From positions 186,001 through 250,000 of the forward strand of contig JASTWF010000337.1 of the NCBI GenBank assembly GCA_030390025.1: a stretch of DNA of 64,000 nucleotides, given 5' to 3'. The translations under genes and the position numbers were made by a program. Positions within the stretch are counted from its first letter, which is position 1, and the number at the start of each line of letters is the position of its first letter. Positions 61,001 to 64,000 of this stretch are shown here, piece by piece. The notes beneath the pieces are model-generated. The model ran no database searches. It saw only the letters and a program-made list of their open reading frames with translations, and had not been told where the DNA came from. The stretch is from Squalus acanthias. Lineage: Eukaryota.

Positions 61001-64000
61001 GTGCCCTTTTACTGCGCTCTCTATCAGCACTCCCTGATACTGTGCTCTCTTTCAGCACTCCCTGCTACTGTGCTCTCTTTCAGCACTCCCATTTACTGTG
61101 CTCTCTATCAGCACTCACTTTTACTGCAAATTCTATCAAACTACTTTTACTGCGATCTCTCTCAGCGCTCCCTTTTACTGCGATCTCTTTCAGCACTCCC
61201 TGTTACTGTGCTCTCTAGCAGCACTCCCTGTTACTGTGCTCTCTATCAGCACTCCTTGATACTGTGCTCTCTTTCAGCACTCGCTGTTACTGTGCTCTCT
61301 ATCAGTACTCCCTGTTACTGTGCTCTCTATCAGCAGTTCCTCTTACTGTGCTCTCTATCAGCACTCGCATTTTACTGTGCTCTCTATCAGCACTCCCATT
61401 TACTGTGCTCTCTCTCAGCACTCACTGTTACTGTGCTCTCTATCATCACTCCCTTTTACTGTGCTCTGTTTCAGCACTCACTTGTACTGCAAATTCTATT
61501 ACCACTCACTTTCAATGCTATCTGTATCAGCACTCGCTTTTACTGTGCTCTCTATCAGCACTCACTGTTACTCTGCTGTCTGTCAGCACTCCAATTTACT
61601 GTGCTCTCAATCAGCACTCCCTGTTACTGTGCTCTCTATCAGCACTCACAGTTACTGTTCTGTCTGTCAGCACTCACTGTTACTGCGCTCTCTATCAGCA
61701 CTCCCTCTTACTATGCTCTCTATCAGCACTTCCTGTTACTGTGCTCTCTATCAGCACTCACTTTTACTGTGCTCTCTATCAGCACTCGCATTTTACTGTG
61801 CTCTCTATCAGCACTCCCTTTTACTGTGCTCTCTATCAGCACTCACTTTTACCGTGCTCTCTATCAGCACTCCCTTTTACTGCGCTCTCTATCAGCACCC
61901 ACTTTTACTGCGATCTCTATCAGCACTCCCTTTTACTGCGCTCTCTATCAGCACTCCATATTACTGTGCTCTCTATCATCACTCCCTGTTACTGTGCTCT
62001 CTGGCAGCACTCAATGATACTGTGCTCTCAATCTGCACTCACTCTTACTGTGCTGTCTTTCAGCACTCCCTGTTACTGTGCTCTCTATCAGCACTCCCTT
62101 TTACTGTGCTGTCTGTCAGCACTCACTGTTACAGCGTTCTCTATCAGCACTCTCCAAATTACTACGATCTCTATCAGCACTCCCTTTTATTGTGCTCTCT
62201 AGCAGCACTCAATGTTACTGTGCTCTCAGTCTGCACTCCCTTTTACTGTACTTTCTATCAGCACTCACTTTTACTGCGGTCTCTATCAGCGCTCCCTTTT
62301 ACTGCGATCTCTTTCAGCACTCACTGTTACTGCGCTCTCTAGCAGCACTCCCTGTTACTGTGCTCTCTATCAGCAGTTCCTCTTACTGTGCTCTCTATCA
62401 GCACTCCCTTTTACTGTGCTCTCTCTCAGCACTCACTTTTACTGTGATCTCTATCAGCACTCCCTTGTACTTCGATCTCTATCAGCACAACCTGTTACTG
62501 TGCTCTCTAGCAGCACTCACTGTTACTGCGCTCTCGATCAGCACTCCTCCCTGTTACTGAGCTCTCAATCTGCACTCACTCTTACTGTGCTGTCTGTCAG
62601 CACTCCCTGTTACTGTGCTCTCTATCAGCACTCACTGTCACTGTGCTCTCTTTCAGCACTCCCATTTACTGCGATCTCTATCAGCACTCCCTCTTAATGT
62701 GCTCTCTATCAGTGCCCTTTTACTGCGCTCTCTATCAGCACTCCCTGATACTGTGCTCTCTTTCAGCACTCACTGTTCCTGCGCTCTCTATCAGCACTCC
62801 CTGTTACTGTGCTCTCTATATCAGCACTCACTTTTACTGTGCTCTCTATCATCACTCCATATTACTGTGCTCTCTATCAGCGCACCCTTTTACTGTGCTC
62901 TGTATCAGCACTCACTTTTACTGCGAATTCTATCAAACTCCCTTTTACTGCGCTCTCTGTCAGCGCTCCCTTTTACCGTTCTCTCTATCTGCACTCACTG
63001 TTACTGCGCTCTCTATCAGCACTCCATATTACTGTGCTCTCTATCAGCACTCCCTTTTACTGCGCTCTCTACCAGCAGTCCCTTTTACTGTGCTCTCTAT
63101 CATCACTCCCTTTTACTGTGCTCTGTTTCAGCACTCACTTGTACTGCGAATTCTATTACCACTCACTTTCAATGCTATCTGTATCAGCACTCGCTTTTAC
63201 TTTGCTCTCTATCATCACTCCCTTGTACTGTGCTCTCTATCAGCACTCACTGTTACTGCGCTCTCTGTCAGCACTCCATATTACTGTGCTCTCTATCAGC
63301 ACTCCATATTACTGCGAATTCTATCAGCACTCACTTTCAATGCTATCTGTATCAGCACTCACTTTTACTGTGATCTCTATCATCACTCCCTTTTACTCTG
63401 CTCTCTTTCAGCACTCCCATTTACTGTGCTCTCTATCAGCACTCACTTTCACTGCGAATTCTATCAAACTTCTTTTACTGCGATCTCTATCAGCGCTCCC
63501 TTTTACTGCGATCTCTTTCAGCACTCCCTCTTAATGTGCTCTCTATCAGCTTCCCTTTTACTGCGCTCTCTATCAGCACTCCCTGTTACTGTGCTCTCTA
63601 GCAGCACTCCCTGTTACTGTGCTCTCTATCAGCACTCACAGTTACTGTTCTGTCTGTCAGCACTCACTGTTACTGCGCTCTCTATCAGCACTCCCTCTTA
63701 CTATGCTCTCTATCAGCACTTCCTGTTACTGTGCTCTCTATCAGCACTCACTTTTACTGCGAATTCTATCAAACTCCCTTTTACTGCGCTCTCTGTCAGC
63801 GCTCCCTTTTACCGTTCTCTCTATCTGCACTCACTGTTACTGTGCTCTCTATCAGCACTCCATATTACTGTGCTCTCTATCAGCACTCCCTTTTACTGCG
63901 CTCTCTACCAGCAGTCCCTTTTACTGTGCTCTCTATCAGCACTCCCTTTTACTGTGCTCTCTCTCAGCACTCACTTTTACTGTGATCTCTATCAGCACTC
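52038..64000. repeat. 28-bp satellite array, right block (more diverged monomers); runs off the right edge
   Basis: Same monomer and orientation as the left block; CTTTTA variants and diverged units are much more frequent. Confidence 0.99.

Noticed and set aside
17623..63985. Many long plus-strand ORFs (up to 1818 aa; YCALYQHSLLLCSLSALPVTVLSISTPC repeats)
   Set aside because: The 28-mer has no stop codon on the plus strand and 28 mod 3 = 1, so the same peptide cycles through all three frames. Indels and stops occur without regard to frame.
17744..64000. CRISPR array (28-bp repeat with a 5-bp internal palindrome)
   Set aside because: Units are directly head-to-tail with no unique spacers, there are no cas genes, and the context is a vertebrate genome.
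17744..64000. RAG recombination signal array (minus-strand CACAGTA resembles heptamer CACAGTG)
   Set aside because: No ACAAAAACC-like nonamer at 12 or 23 bp spacing and no V/D/J segments.
17744..64000. tet-operator-like CTCTATCA in the monomer
   Set aside because: Only a half-site, never the full palindromic operator; a short coincidental match with no sign of vector sequence.

Overview
Vertebrate genomic DNA, most likely from a cartilaginous fish (inferred from the CR1/HER1-like and L2 LINE content). It is not prokaryotic. The first ~17.7 kb hold one host gene: an intronless inward-rectifier K+ channel ORF (2712-3989, best match Kir2.3/KCNJ4). Around it are a 500-N scaffold gap, several minisatellites, a palindrome-rich MITE-like element and a cluster of nested LINEs (several CR1 subfamilies plus one L2). 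From ~17744 to the window end is a 28-bp tandem satellite (consensus CTGTTACTGTGCTCTCTATCAGCACTC[C/A], roughly 1,550 units) with kb-scale duplications. It is interrupted by one 5'-truncated CR1 with an unbroken reading frame (49445-52037, minus strand). Almost all long ORFs in the supplied track are artefacts of stop-free tandem repeats. I found no convincing new biological system. The most notable observations are a three-level LINE nest with readable target-site duplications (TSDs), an empty paralogous site for the satellite CR1, a possible CR1 origin of the satellite, three unrelated minisatellites that all carry nuclear-receptor half-sites just downstream of the channel gene, and unusual residues in the channel.
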